The notes beneath the pieces were generated by a model, which was given only the letters and a program-made list of their open reading frames with translations, was not told where the DNA came from and did no database searches. Below are positions 49,074 to 56,962 of a DNA stretch of 64,000 bases, piece after piece. A program made the translations under genes and the position numbers. The DNA is taken from the NCBI GenBank assembly GCA_048885925.1, contig JBHLLG010000002.1, forward strand, positions 38,923 through 102,922. The letters run 5' to 3'. This DNA comes from Candidatus Hermodarchaeota archaeon. GTDB lineage: Archaea; Asgardarchaeota; Lokiarchaeia; Sigyniarchaeales; SOKP01. Every line of letters begins with the position of its first letter. The first letter of the stretch is position 1.

Positions 49074-49394
49074 ATGTCTCTTCAGTATGCCAAAAAAAGA
49101 ATAATTAAGGATATTGCTCTTGACGATGAGCGAATTCAAGTTACTGGATATATAAAAAATAAAATTGATGATAATCATATTATTTTAAATGATAAAACTG
49201 GAGAAATAAACGTGAATATTAAGAGTGTAGAGAATTTTAACTTTAAAGTAAATGATCTGATTAATGTAATAGGAGATCTTGAATTCCAATCTTCCGGAGA
49301 AAAATTAATTAATGCTGATATTGTTCAAGATATGAATAAATTGAATTTCGAATATTATCAAAAAATATATCAGCTTAAAAAAGAATTAGAGTGA
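49074..49394 (+). CDS. Small OB-fold-like protein (possible ssDNA-binding/RPA small-subunit-like)
   Basis: IQVTGYIKNKIDDNHIILNDKTGEINVNI...LINVIGDL looks like a tRNA_anti/OB barrel. Divergent from pcn. Weak call. Confidence 0.35.
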   Translation: MSLQYAKKRIIKDIALDDERIQVTGYIKNKIDDNHIILNDKTGEINVNIKSVENFNFKVNDLINVIGDLEFQSSGEKLINADIVQDMNKLNFEYYQKIYQLKKELE

Positions 49395-49424
49395 ATTTAA
49401 TAACTTATATTCCTTCAGAGGATT

Positions 49425-49793
49425 TTACTCATCTAAAAATCTTTGTATTTCAATTGTATATCCATTAGGATCTTTACAGAAGAAGTGATAAATATTAAAT
49501 TTTTGATTGATTTTTGGCTTTTCTGGAATATCTAACCCCAAATTAATCAATTTGCCATAAACCTTGTCAACATCTTCCGTAACGAAGGTAATAATTGGAC
49601 TTTTATCATTATGAATAACTGATATATGTTTGCAGAATCCTATTTTACTTTGTTCATTAATGTTAAAAATTAAACAGACTCCTTGATCTTTATATACTGT
49701 TAAACCTAAATAATTTTGATAAAAATTTGATGTCATATTTAGATCTTTCGTCCCTAAAAAAGTAATAAATTCCTTATATCGCATAAAACTCAT
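49425..49793 (-). CDS. Glyoxalase/VOC-fold protein
   Basis: FYQNYLGL...ITFVTEDVDKVYGKLINLG...FFCKDPNGYTIEI. Confidence 0.6.
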   Translation of the reverse strand: MSFMRYKEFITFLGTKDLNMTSNFYQNYLGLTVYKDQGVCLIFNINEQSKIGFCKHISVIHNDKSPIITFVTEDVDKVYGKLINLGLDIPEKPKINQKFNIYHFFCKDPNGYTIEIQRFLDE

Positions 49794-49915
49794 TCTTAGT
49801 AATTATTTATATTCATTAAATCATAATTTTATTTTCATTTATAGATAAGATAAAACTTATTAAATATTAATATTTTTTAAGATTATCTTTACTGATGTAG
49901 AACAATGCAATCAAT

Positions 49916-50251
49916 ATGGTCGAATTTTGCCCCGAATGTTCTAACCTTTTACGCAAGAGAATCGAAAACAATCATTCATTTTTAGTATGTAAGTGTGGTT
50001 ATCAAAAAGAACTCAATCCTAATAATAATGAGATTGAAATTAATATTAAAAAGAAAAAAAAGGCTTTAGAAAAGAATTTATTAGTTATTTCTGAAGATGA
50101 CAAAATTCTAGTACATCCAATAACTAAGAAAGATTGTCCTAAATGTGGCAATCTTGAAGCAGAAACCTGGCAAGTTCAAATAAGGAGTTCTGATGAACCA
50201 GCTACTCATTTTTTTAGATGTACTGAGTGTAAAAACACTTGGCGCGAGTAA
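49916..50251 (+). CDS. tfs: Transcription factor S (TFS / RpoM-like)
   Basis: N-terminal ribbon FCPECSNLL...CKCGY. C-terminal ribbon CPKCGN...QIRSSDEPATHFFRCTECKNTW, with an acidic DE loop. Confidence 0.85.
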   Translation: MVEFCPECSNLLRKRIENNHSFLVCKCGYQKELNPNNNEIEINIKKKKKALEKNLLVISEDDKILVHPITKKDCPKCGNLEAETWQVQIRSSDEPATHFFRCTECKNTWRE

Positions 50252-50301
50252 TTAAGTAATTTAGAAAGTAAGATCATATTACTCAGGTATAATTGAATTA
50301 G

Positions 50302-50321
50302 CGTGAAAGAACAGTTTCACG
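50302..50321. terminator. GC-containing hairpin between convergent tfs and rps27e
   Basis: CGTGAAA-gaacag-TTTCACG, a 7-bp stem, in the 112-bp convergent gap. The flanking aattgaat/attcaata could extend it. Confidence 0.25.
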
Positions 50322-50363
50322 AAGAATTTTATTCAATATTTTTTGATTTCAGAAAGAATATCC

Positions 50364-50570
50364 TTAAGAAAGAACTTCTAAAATTTTAGTAAGAATTCTA
50401 GCTTTACCCCCTGTGGATTGAAGCAATAATTTTCCACAAACTAAACATTCTACATCAGTGGCGGAACAACCAAAAATAATCTGTTGATTACCACAATTTA
50501 AACACTTTACACGCAAAAATCTACTTTTTGGCTGTGGAATAAGTTCTTTTTCTTTTCGCTTATGTACCAT
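50364..50570 (-). CDS. rps27e: Ribosomal protein S27e (eS27)
   Basis: [27 protein letters not shown] zinc ribbon; 68 aa. Confidence 0.9.
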   Translation of the reverse strand: MVHKRKEKELIPQPKSRFLRVKCLNCGNQQIIFGCSATDVECLVCGKLLLQSTGGKARILTKILEVLS

Positions 50571-50585
50571 AGATACTCACTTTTT

Positions 50586-50867
50586 TTATACTTCAGTAAT
50601 TTCAAGTCTTTTTACACGATAGGATTTTGCATACTGTTTTTTATTGCATTCAGAACATTCTAACACTGGGGTTGATTTCTTATTAATCTTGGCATTAGCA
50701 TGAAAAATTTCTTTCGGAAAAGAGCCGTAACCCCTTTTATGTCTCTCTAACCGACGTCTTCCATGGTTTAGAGCTCTTTCTTTCCCTTTTTTATATAAAG
50801 AGACATTATGAATTGTATGAGCGCGGCAATAAGGGCAGTATCTTCGTATTGTGCGGGGATATTTCAT
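50586..50867 (-). CDS. rpl44e: Ribosomal protein L44e (eL42)
   Basis: YCPYCRAHTIH...KKGK...RHKRGYGSFPK...LECSECNKK; 93 aa. L44e-S27e is a conserved gene pair. Confidence 0.9.
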   Translation of the reverse strand: MKYPRTIRRYCPYCRAHTIHNVSLYKKGKERALNHGRRRLERHKRGYGSFPKEIFHANAKINKKSTPVLECSECNKKQYAKSYRVKRLEITEV

Positions 50868-51026
50868 TTTAATTTACCAATCTTATCTAATTACTAAAGG
50901 TAATTATTTATAAATTTTAAATTTTATTAGTTCTGTTATTTCTTTTTGAATAGGGATTATTTAATAAAAAATAATTTAAATCTTATTTGCATAATGTTAA
51001 TAACAACAAATTGATTGAGAATTGAA

Positions 51027-51944
51027 ATGTTCAAAGAGAAAATTAGGGAAGGTATAATAAGTGCAAAGCAATTTGATAGAGAAGATATTGAATATATTTT
51101 GAAGAAGGGTAAAGAAATGATAGAAATAAAGAATTCAAATCTTCTTCAAGGAAAAATCTTAGCTACATTATTTTTTGAACCATCTACTCGAACCCGTCTT
51201 AGCTTTGAATCTGCTATGTATAGATTAGGAGGAAACGTGATTGGATTTCACTCTGGAGATGTATCTTCCATAAAAAAAGGTGAAAGTATTGCAGATACGA
51301 TAAGAACTGTAGAAAATTATAGCGATTGTATCGTCATGAGACATTCACTTGAAGGAGCGGCAAAAATGGCATCAAAATTTGCTAAAATTCCTATTATTAA
51401 TGCTGGGTCTGGAAGTGGAGAGCATCCAACTCAGGGATTATTGGATTTATTAACCATTACAGAAGAAATTGGATCTTTAGACGGTTTGAATATAGGAATA
51501 ATGGGTGATCTAAAATATGGCAGAACTGTCCATTCACTTTCAATTTTATTGTCTCTATTTGATGTAAATCTATATTTTATAAGTCCCGAAAGTCTAAAAA
51601 TGAGAAACCGAGATATGGATTTTTTACAACAACGGCAAGTTAAATATAAAGAGATTAAAAGTTATAGAAAAATATTGGACATTTTAGATGTTCTTTATAT
51701 GACACGAATCCAAAAAGAAAGATTTGTTGATCTTGAAGAATATGAGAAGGTAAAAGATTTTTATGTGTTTCGAGAAGATGATCTCGAAAATACAAAAGAT
51801 AATTTCAGATTATTGCATCCTCTTCCTCGAGTTACAGAAATTTCTCCAAATGTTGATGGTTCAGAAAAAGCAATTTACTTTAAACAGACACATTATGGTA
51901 TTCCTATGAGGAAAGCACTCTTAGCAGAATTAATGTTAGACTAA
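51027..51944 (+). CDS. pyrB: Aspartate carbamoyltransferase catalytic subunit
   Basis: FFEPSTRTRLSFE, HPTQGLLD, HPLPR. The track start is TTG 51015, and I prefer ATG 51027 (MFKEK). No pyrI is adjacent. Confidence 0.9.
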   Translation: MFKEKIREGIISAKQFDREDIEYILKKGKEMIEIKNSNLLQGKILATLFFEPSTRTRLSFESAMYRLGGNVIGFHSGDVSSIKKGESIADTIRTVENYSDCIVMRHSLEGAAKMASKFAKIPIINAGSGSGEHPTQGLLDLLTITEEIGSLDGLNIGIMGDLKYGRTVHSLSILLSLFDVNLYFISPESLKMRNRDMDFLQQRQVKYKEIKSYRKILDILDVLYMTRIQKERFVDLEEYEKVKDFYVFREDDLENTKDNFRLLHPLPRVTEISPNVDGSEKAIYFKQTHYGIPMRKALLAELMLD

Positions 51945-51978
51945 TTTGTTATATGTTTATTTTATTTTTGTTTTATTA

Positions 51979-53964
51979 TTAAAACAAACAATCTTTTAGA
52001 GAAATCGCACTGATTTTAGAATCAAATAAGTTATTCAATAATTCCGGTAATGAATTTTCATTAGTATTCATTTTTCCAGTGAAAATAACTCCTTTATTAA
52101 TGACTTCTTGAAATTTTTTAAATAACAAGATCCTTTTATCAAGAGAAAGACTTGATTCATTTCTTATTAGTTCAGAGGAAAATCCATTTAATTTTTGGTT
52201 GTAGGGTATAGTTTCATTATAACATGTATCATTTAAATAAGAGTCGTTATGGGGTTGGTTCAGAATAAAATAGTTATTATCAACTTCATTTCGCTCTTCA
52301 ATAAGGTCTCTCATTAATGACAGGATTCTTAGAGCAAAAGTTTCGCTGGATTTTGTTCTATCAAGTTCAATTCCGCAATGGTTTAATATTGCTTCATTTA
52401 AGCCAAAAAAGCTAATAGATTTTAAGGCATTTTTAAATAAATTTTTTTGAGGTATATTGAAAATTCGTGTGGTTATAGTGTTCCATGAATCAAGAGCTTT
52501 TAATTTCTTCTGTACTAATCTTTCTTTATGTTTAAACAAATCGAATACAGAATTTATTTTATCTTGAATTAGTTCCAAAAATAACCCGTCATTTTGTTTT
52601 GCGTTTACAGAAATCGTATATAAATTTATCAAGATCTTATCTAGAACAATTGTATCTTCGTTGCGATTATCTATTTGAGTAATAATGGAATTGAATAGAT
52701 TCGAATAGTCTTTTTCATATATAATTAAATTATTACCCTTTAACCCCGAGATAAATTTACTGATAGATTCACTACTTAATTCTGAAGAAAAATATTTAGA
52801 ATATTCAAAAAGAAGTAGCGGTCTTATAAGATCTGGGTTGAAATTATTCATTGAATTAAGAAATTGTTTATCAATTTCATTTTGAATTGATAAATTTTCA
52901 ATTAATTTTCCATTATAAGTAAAATCTAATGATAAATGAGTTTTACCATCGTTAATTCGATTATTAAACCGGAGAATTTGAGTAGTTAATAAATCCAAAC
53001 TAAATGAACTAATTTTAGGTAATTGTAAATAGAAGAGAAATTGACAATTAAAATCACCTAAAAGTAAATCTTCAGTATAAAATTGCTTTAATTGATATAA
53101 AATATTACTAAAATTAGTAATTAAATTGATTCCATCTTTACGTCTTTCTATTATTTTAGGTTTCATTGACATCTTTTTAAAGAAATAATCAATTAGTGTT
53201 TTAGCATTTACATATAAACCAGTTGGTCTTAAGCTCCAATAATTAAGATTAAGTAAAGCAATTTCACCCGATAGATATAAGTCAGCAAGATTTTTTGGTA
53301 GAAGATTTAAAAGTAAAAATTGTTCAGAAACATCCGAACCTAATTTTTTAATAAAATCTTCAGGAGCCAGTTCATTATTCTTAGAATTAAAAAGTTGAAA
53401 TGCCTCGAATGGAGGTGTTCCTAAACGGGTTAATTTATGTCTAACTTCCTCTAGACCATTTTCTAACAAAATTGCGTTTATGTATTCGCGCATTAATGGT
53501 GCTGTCATGTAATCTATATTTGTCTTAGAAAGACGTTCTTCTACTTCATGTGCGATTTGTTTAGCTAAATAACGCTCTAATTCACCCTCTCTTATTAAAT
53601 ATTCTTCAATTTTGCTTGAATCAAATACTTCTTTTGAATATTTTGATGTTCGGATTATTTTAATTTTATTTTGCTTATTTAAAATCTGCTCAATTGATAA
53701 AATTTTATCAATAATTTGCTCTCCTAATAAAGATATTGAATATCCTTCTTCAGAGGATTGAATTAATTTACTTCTTTTTAAGATTTTTAAATGGAATGAT
53801 AAATTAACAGAAGTTAGGTTATTATCTAATATATCTTTCTGAAGTTTTGAAAAAGGTATTGGTACTTGAGCGTTTTTTAATTTTCTTAAAATCTCAATCC
53901 TAACCTTTTGACCTATTGTTTTTAATTGTTTTTCTAGAATTGTTTGTTTTTTGTCGGTATCCAA
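51979..53964 (-). CDS. wHTH + ATP-cone + degenerate anaerobic-RNR(NrdD)-like domain protein (putative nucleotide-sensing regulator)
   Basis: N-terminal ArsR-like wHTH (IGQKVRIEILRKL...SFHLKILKRSKLIQ). ATP-cone (IKIIRTSKYSKEVFDSSKIEEYLI...AKQIAHEVEERL...MREYINAILLENG). Then LADLYLSGEIALLNLNYW, which parallels the NrdD aHesGiiHvHDiDy region with the His/Asp residues lost. No C-terminal glycyl-radical motif. TTG start. Confidence 0.5.
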   Translation of the reverse strand: MDTDKKQTILEKQLKTIGQKVRIEILRKLKNAQVPIPFSKLQKDILDNNLTSVNLSFHLKILKRSKLIQSSEEGYSISLLGEQIIDKILSIEQILNKQNKIKIIRTSKYSKEVFDSSKIEEYLIREGELERYLAKQIAHEVEERLSKTNIDYMTAPLMREYINAILLENGLEEVRHKLTRLGTPPFEAFQLFNSKNNELAPEDFIKKLGSDVSEQFLLLNLLPKNLADLYLSGEIALLNLNYWSLRPTGLYVNAKTLIDYFFKKMSMKPKIIERRKDGINLITNFSNILYQLKQFYTEDLLLGDFNCQFLFYLQLPKISSFSLDLLTTQILRFNNRINDGKTHLSLDFTYNGKLIENLSIQNEIDKQFLNSMNNFNPDLIRPLLLFEYSKYFSSELSSESISKFISGLKGNNLIIYEKDYSNLFNSIITQIDNRNEDTIVLDKILINLYTISVNAKQNDGLFLELIQDKINSVFDLFKHKERLVQKKLKALDSWNTITTRIFNIPQKNLFKNALKSISFFGLNEAILNHCGIELDRTKSSETFALRILSLMRDLIEERNEVDNNYFILNQPHNDSYLNDTCYNETIPYNQKLNGFSSELIRNESSLSLDKRILLFKKFQEVINKGVIFTGKMNTNENSLPELLNNLFDSKISAISLKDCLF

Positions 53965-53985
53965 TTTTCTTATTGCCTTAATAAT

Positions 53986-54200
53986 CTTTCATTAAATCTG
54001 CTTAACTAAATAATAAGTTTAACAGTTATATAAAAATTTAGCAATTTTCTAAATTTTAAATGGATTTAGATAATATGTAGGTGATATGAAACTTTTCTTT
54101 AAGAAAGATAATCTTGTAAGTAAATCAATTTTATTCATAAAAAACTTAACTTCTTCAGTTAATAATGTCGCATTATTTAAAATATAAAGATTGGACTCCA
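53986..54200. repeat. Conserved ~215-bp upstream segment, copy A (ends in the palindromic motif)
   Basis: Aligns without gaps, at roughly nine of ten positions by eye, to 56668..56881 (shared ...aaatctgcttaactaaataata...aatggatttag.taatatgtaggtgatatgaaactttt...attggactcc). Confidence 0.7.
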
Positions 54201-54202
54201 AT
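54190..54202. promoter_or_regulatory. Palindrome ATTGGACTCCAAT
   Basis: Perfect 13-bp palindrome (ATTGGA-C-TCCAAT), 79 nt upstream of ATG 54281, in the divergent gap with the wHTH/ATP-cone gene. Confidence 0.4.
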
Positions 54203-54280
54203 TTTGTTATATTTCATTTAAATGGGTTAAAAGTTGTAATTAAAAATTCGAAAAATCTAACAAAAAAGGTGAAAACTATT

Positions 54281-55774
54281 ATGGTAAAGAGAAAACAATT
54301 TACTGAATTAGTTTTAGTAGAAACAGATAAAGAGATTTTAGAGGAAAGGGGCAAAAATCTTTTCCAAATAGATTTCTTAAAGGCAGCAATGATATTTTTA
54401 GTTATATTTGATCATATGGTAGCATGGGGGGTAAAAGATCAGATGGGTGTTACCTTATGGGAAAGGATCTCAATTCCGGTCTTTTTAGTGATAATGGGAT
54501 TTAATATGGGACTTTCTTTTCAAAGAAGAGGAGTTTCCAAGTTAAAGGAATTATACTCCTGGAGTTATTTTAAAAGTAAAATTTTACGATATATCGTACC
54601 ATTTCTTGTATTATATGGATTTTCTACGATAATTGGACTAAGTTTTTATCAATTTAATATTACAGCGATGTACCATGGACAATATTATCCAGAACATGGA
54701 TTTATTCAATTATTTACCGGAATTTTACCATTTTGGGGTGCTGGAAATTGGTTTATTCCTGTAATTCTCGGTTCAATAGTAATATTCCCATTACTATATT
54801 GGGCATTTACTAAGAAACCAATCCTAACATTAATTCTTTGTTTTGCTGTTGAGATCATAATGCAATTAATTGTATTTTTCGTAATAGGACAAATTACAAC
54901 TTGGGAAGAAGCGCATATTGTTAATTTATTTATGACAAGTTTTCCATTCTATCTATCTGCTATAGGATTAGGTCTGTGGTTTTCATTTAATCGTAAGCCT
55001 TTTTCAAGACGTAACTTGTTTATCTGGATTTTATTTCCAATTAGTTTAACATATATGATATTCTACCAATTCTTCGATTTTCGATTCCGAATCGGGGATG
55101 TTCCACTATTCAGAGGAGATTACCTTTTCTTAATATTTCCATACTCAACAGTATTATTTCTATTAGTAATGATGATATTACCTCAGAAGTCAGACAACAA
55201 ATTTTCACGAGCAATTTCATTAATAGGAAAGTCAACATATCATATATTACTTACTCAAATGTTGGGTTACGGAATAATTTTTATGTGGAGAAATACAACT
55301 TTTCTTATAGATGTTGGATTCACATTTTTGGAGGCATTGCTCTTAATATTTGCTTGGATGATATTTATCCCTTTCGGTATTCTATGGTATAAAATTGATC
55401 AAGAAACAAATTTAATTAAGCGTTTGTTATACTATGTAAATTTCTTCTTAGTTTATGGCGGTTTAGTACATTTCATCTTTATTTACATTTATTATATATT
55501 GCATCCAACCTTTAATGCGTGGATACCAATCACTTTGATTGTTATGCTTATTTATGGGGCTGCAGGACTAATCATTAAATTTTTTGTGAAAAAACCAATT
55601 AAAACGACTACTCTGGCTATTTGGACATCATTTTTAGTATATAATTTCTTTATTTCAGTACTATACATTGAAATTCTCCCTCCTACTGAGTATTTGGTAC
55701 AAAATATTTCCACAGGTACATTCCTCATCTTCGCAATAATAGGTACAGTTTTAGATTATACTCTTAGGAAATAA
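54281..55774 (+). CDS. Acyltransferase-3 family membrane protein, paralogue A, with C-terminal two-TM hairpin module
   Basis: FQIDFLKAAMIFLVIFDHMVAW is a typical Acyl_transf_3 N-terminus, with more than 10 TM segments. Start set at ATG 54281 (MVKRKQFTELVLVETDKEILEE) by alignment to the paralogue's MKDRKTDTKVVLVETEKDFLEE. The track TTG at 54191 lies inside the palindrome. Confidence 0.75.
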   Translation: MVKRKQFTELVLVETDKEILEERGKNLFQIDFLKAAMIFLVIFDHMVAWGVKDQMGVTLWERISIPVFLVIMGFNMGLSFQRRGVSKLKELYSWSYFKSKILRYIVPFLVLYGFSTIIGLSFYQFNITAMYHGQYYPEHGFIQLFTGILPFWGAGNWFIPVILGSIVIFPLLYWAFTKKPILTLILCFAVEIIMQLIVFFVIGQITTWEEAHIVNLFMTSFPFYLSAIGLGLWFSFNRKPFSRRNLFIWILFPISLTYMIFYQFFDFRFRIGDVPLFRGDYLFLIFPYSTVLFLLVMMILPQKSDNKFSRAISLIGKSTYHILLTQMLGYGIIFMWRNTTFLIDVGFTFLEALLLIFAWMIFIPFGILWYKIDQETNLIKRLLYYVNFFLVYGGLVHFIFIYIYYILHPTFNAWIPITLIVMLIYGAAGLIIKFFVKKPIKTTTLAIWTSFLVYNFFISVLYIEILPPTEYLVQNISTGTFLIFAIIGTVLDYTLRK

Positions 55775-55820
55775 ATCTTTTTTTTTTTTATTATTTAGTT
55801 TTAATTAAACGAAATGAAAA

Positions 55821-55833
55821 ATTGGACTCCAAT
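55821..55833. promoter_or_regulatory. Palindrome ATTGGACTCCAAT (extended AAATTGGACTCCAATTT)
   Basis: Perfect palindrome 47 nt after the stop of paralogue A and 77 nt upstream of ATG 55910. A TATA-like aatatataaa follows within ~10 nt. Confidence 0.4.
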
Positions 55834-55909
55834 TTAGTTTAATATATAAATAATAATATTATTTTTTAACATTAGATTTATTTTTAAATATAAAATAAGA
55901 GGTTGTTTT

Positions 55910-56581
55910 ATGCCTTTAAATGAAATTAGAAAGAAGCTCAGTATAGGGACTACTGGATTATGGATTATTTTTGGGATTGTTACCATTGTAATGATAGCTC
56001 TTTTGGTAGGCGAAGTTTTTGGACCTTATGATTATTGGATTTCAATAATTGCTATTGGAGTTGTACTAATATTAGCAATTGCTGCTACTATTGTTGATTT
56101 AAGTTCTAAAAGGAAAGGAAAAGTAGGCATTATAGGAATATGGACTATTTTTGGAATGACTTTTATTGTTTTTGCTGCTCTAATCATAGGAGAAGTTTTT
56201 GGACCCGATGATTTTTGGATTCCTATAATCCCTGTTGGTACTTTACTGATTCTAGCGATTATCGCCACAATTTATGAATATATATCTGGAGATGTAAGAT
56301 TTTGTCCTATATGCGGAAAAAGATTTGAGAAAAAATGGGATTTTTGTCAAGAATGTGGTTCAAGAGTTCTTATGAATTGCCCATCATGTGGTACAAAAAT
56401 AAAAGGGAATCCGAAATTTTGCGTCAAATGTGGAATAAATTTAAGTGAAATTGAAGTAATTCAAACTTCTTCTCCTAGTTTTAAATTTAAAAGAGAAGGA
56501 TATACAAAATTATGTAGGCAATGTGGAGCACCAGCTAAACCTGATGCTAAATACTGCGTATATTGTGGTGCTTCTCAATAA
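55910..56581 (+). CDS. Membrane protein: duplicated two-TM hairpin module + triple zinc-ribbon C-terminus
   Basis: Two internal repeats (LWIIFG...GEVFGPYDYWI...LILAIAATIVD and IWTIFG...GEVFGPDDFWI...LILAIIATIYEY). Then CPICGKRF..CQECGS, CPSCGT..CVKCG and CRQCGA..CVYCG. Confidence 0.6.
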   Translation: MPLNEIRKKLSIGTTGLWIIFGIVTIVMIALLVGEVFGPYDYWISIIAIGVVLILAIAATIVDLSSKRKGKVGIIGIWTIFGMTFIVFAALIIGEVFGPDDFWIPIIPVGTLLILAIIATIYEYISGDVRFCPICGKRFEKKWDFCQECGSRVLMNCPSCGTKIKGNPKFCVKCGINLSEIEVIQTSSPSFKFKREGYTKLCRQCGAPAKPDAKYCVYCGASQ

Positions 56582-56667
56582 TTTTTTTTACTTTTACGAA
56601 TTAAAGTTATAGCATTTTAAACTGAACTTTATTGTCAATAAAAATTGGACTACTTTATAATTTACTT

Positions 56668-56881
56668 CTTTCTTTAAATCTGCTTAACTAAATAATATGG
56701 TTCACAATTATATAAAAATTTAGGAATATTCCAAGTAATCAATGGATTTAGGTAATATGTAGGTGATATGAAACTTTTTTTTAAGAAAGATAATCTTATA
56801 AGTAAATCAATTTTATTCATATAAAATTTAACTTCTTTAGTTAATGATGTCCCATTATTTAAGATATAAAAATTGGACTCC
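56668..56881. repeat. Conserved ~215-bp upstream segment, copy B (ends in half-palindrome ATTGGACTCC)
   Basis: See 53986..54200. Preceded at 56644..56653 by a degenerate motif copy, ATTGGACTAC. Confidence 0.7.
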
Positions 56882-56962
56882 TTATTTATTATAATTCTTT
56901 TTTTTTGCAATAATATTATCTTAATGTTTCTTAAAGAATTTAAATAAAAAAGTGAAACTTAA

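Noticed and set aside
56032-56268. Minus-strand ORF 56032..56268
   Set aside because: It is antisense to the internally repeated TM region of 55910..56581.
56674-56910. 78-aa minus-strand ORF inside the conserved upstream segment, copy B
   Set aside because: The equivalent frame in copy A (53986..54200) is only ~50 codons and ends differently. About two thirds of the differences between the copies in this frame are non-synonymous, and its candidate TTG start in copy A lies inside the palindrome. Conserved non-coding DNA is the better explanation.
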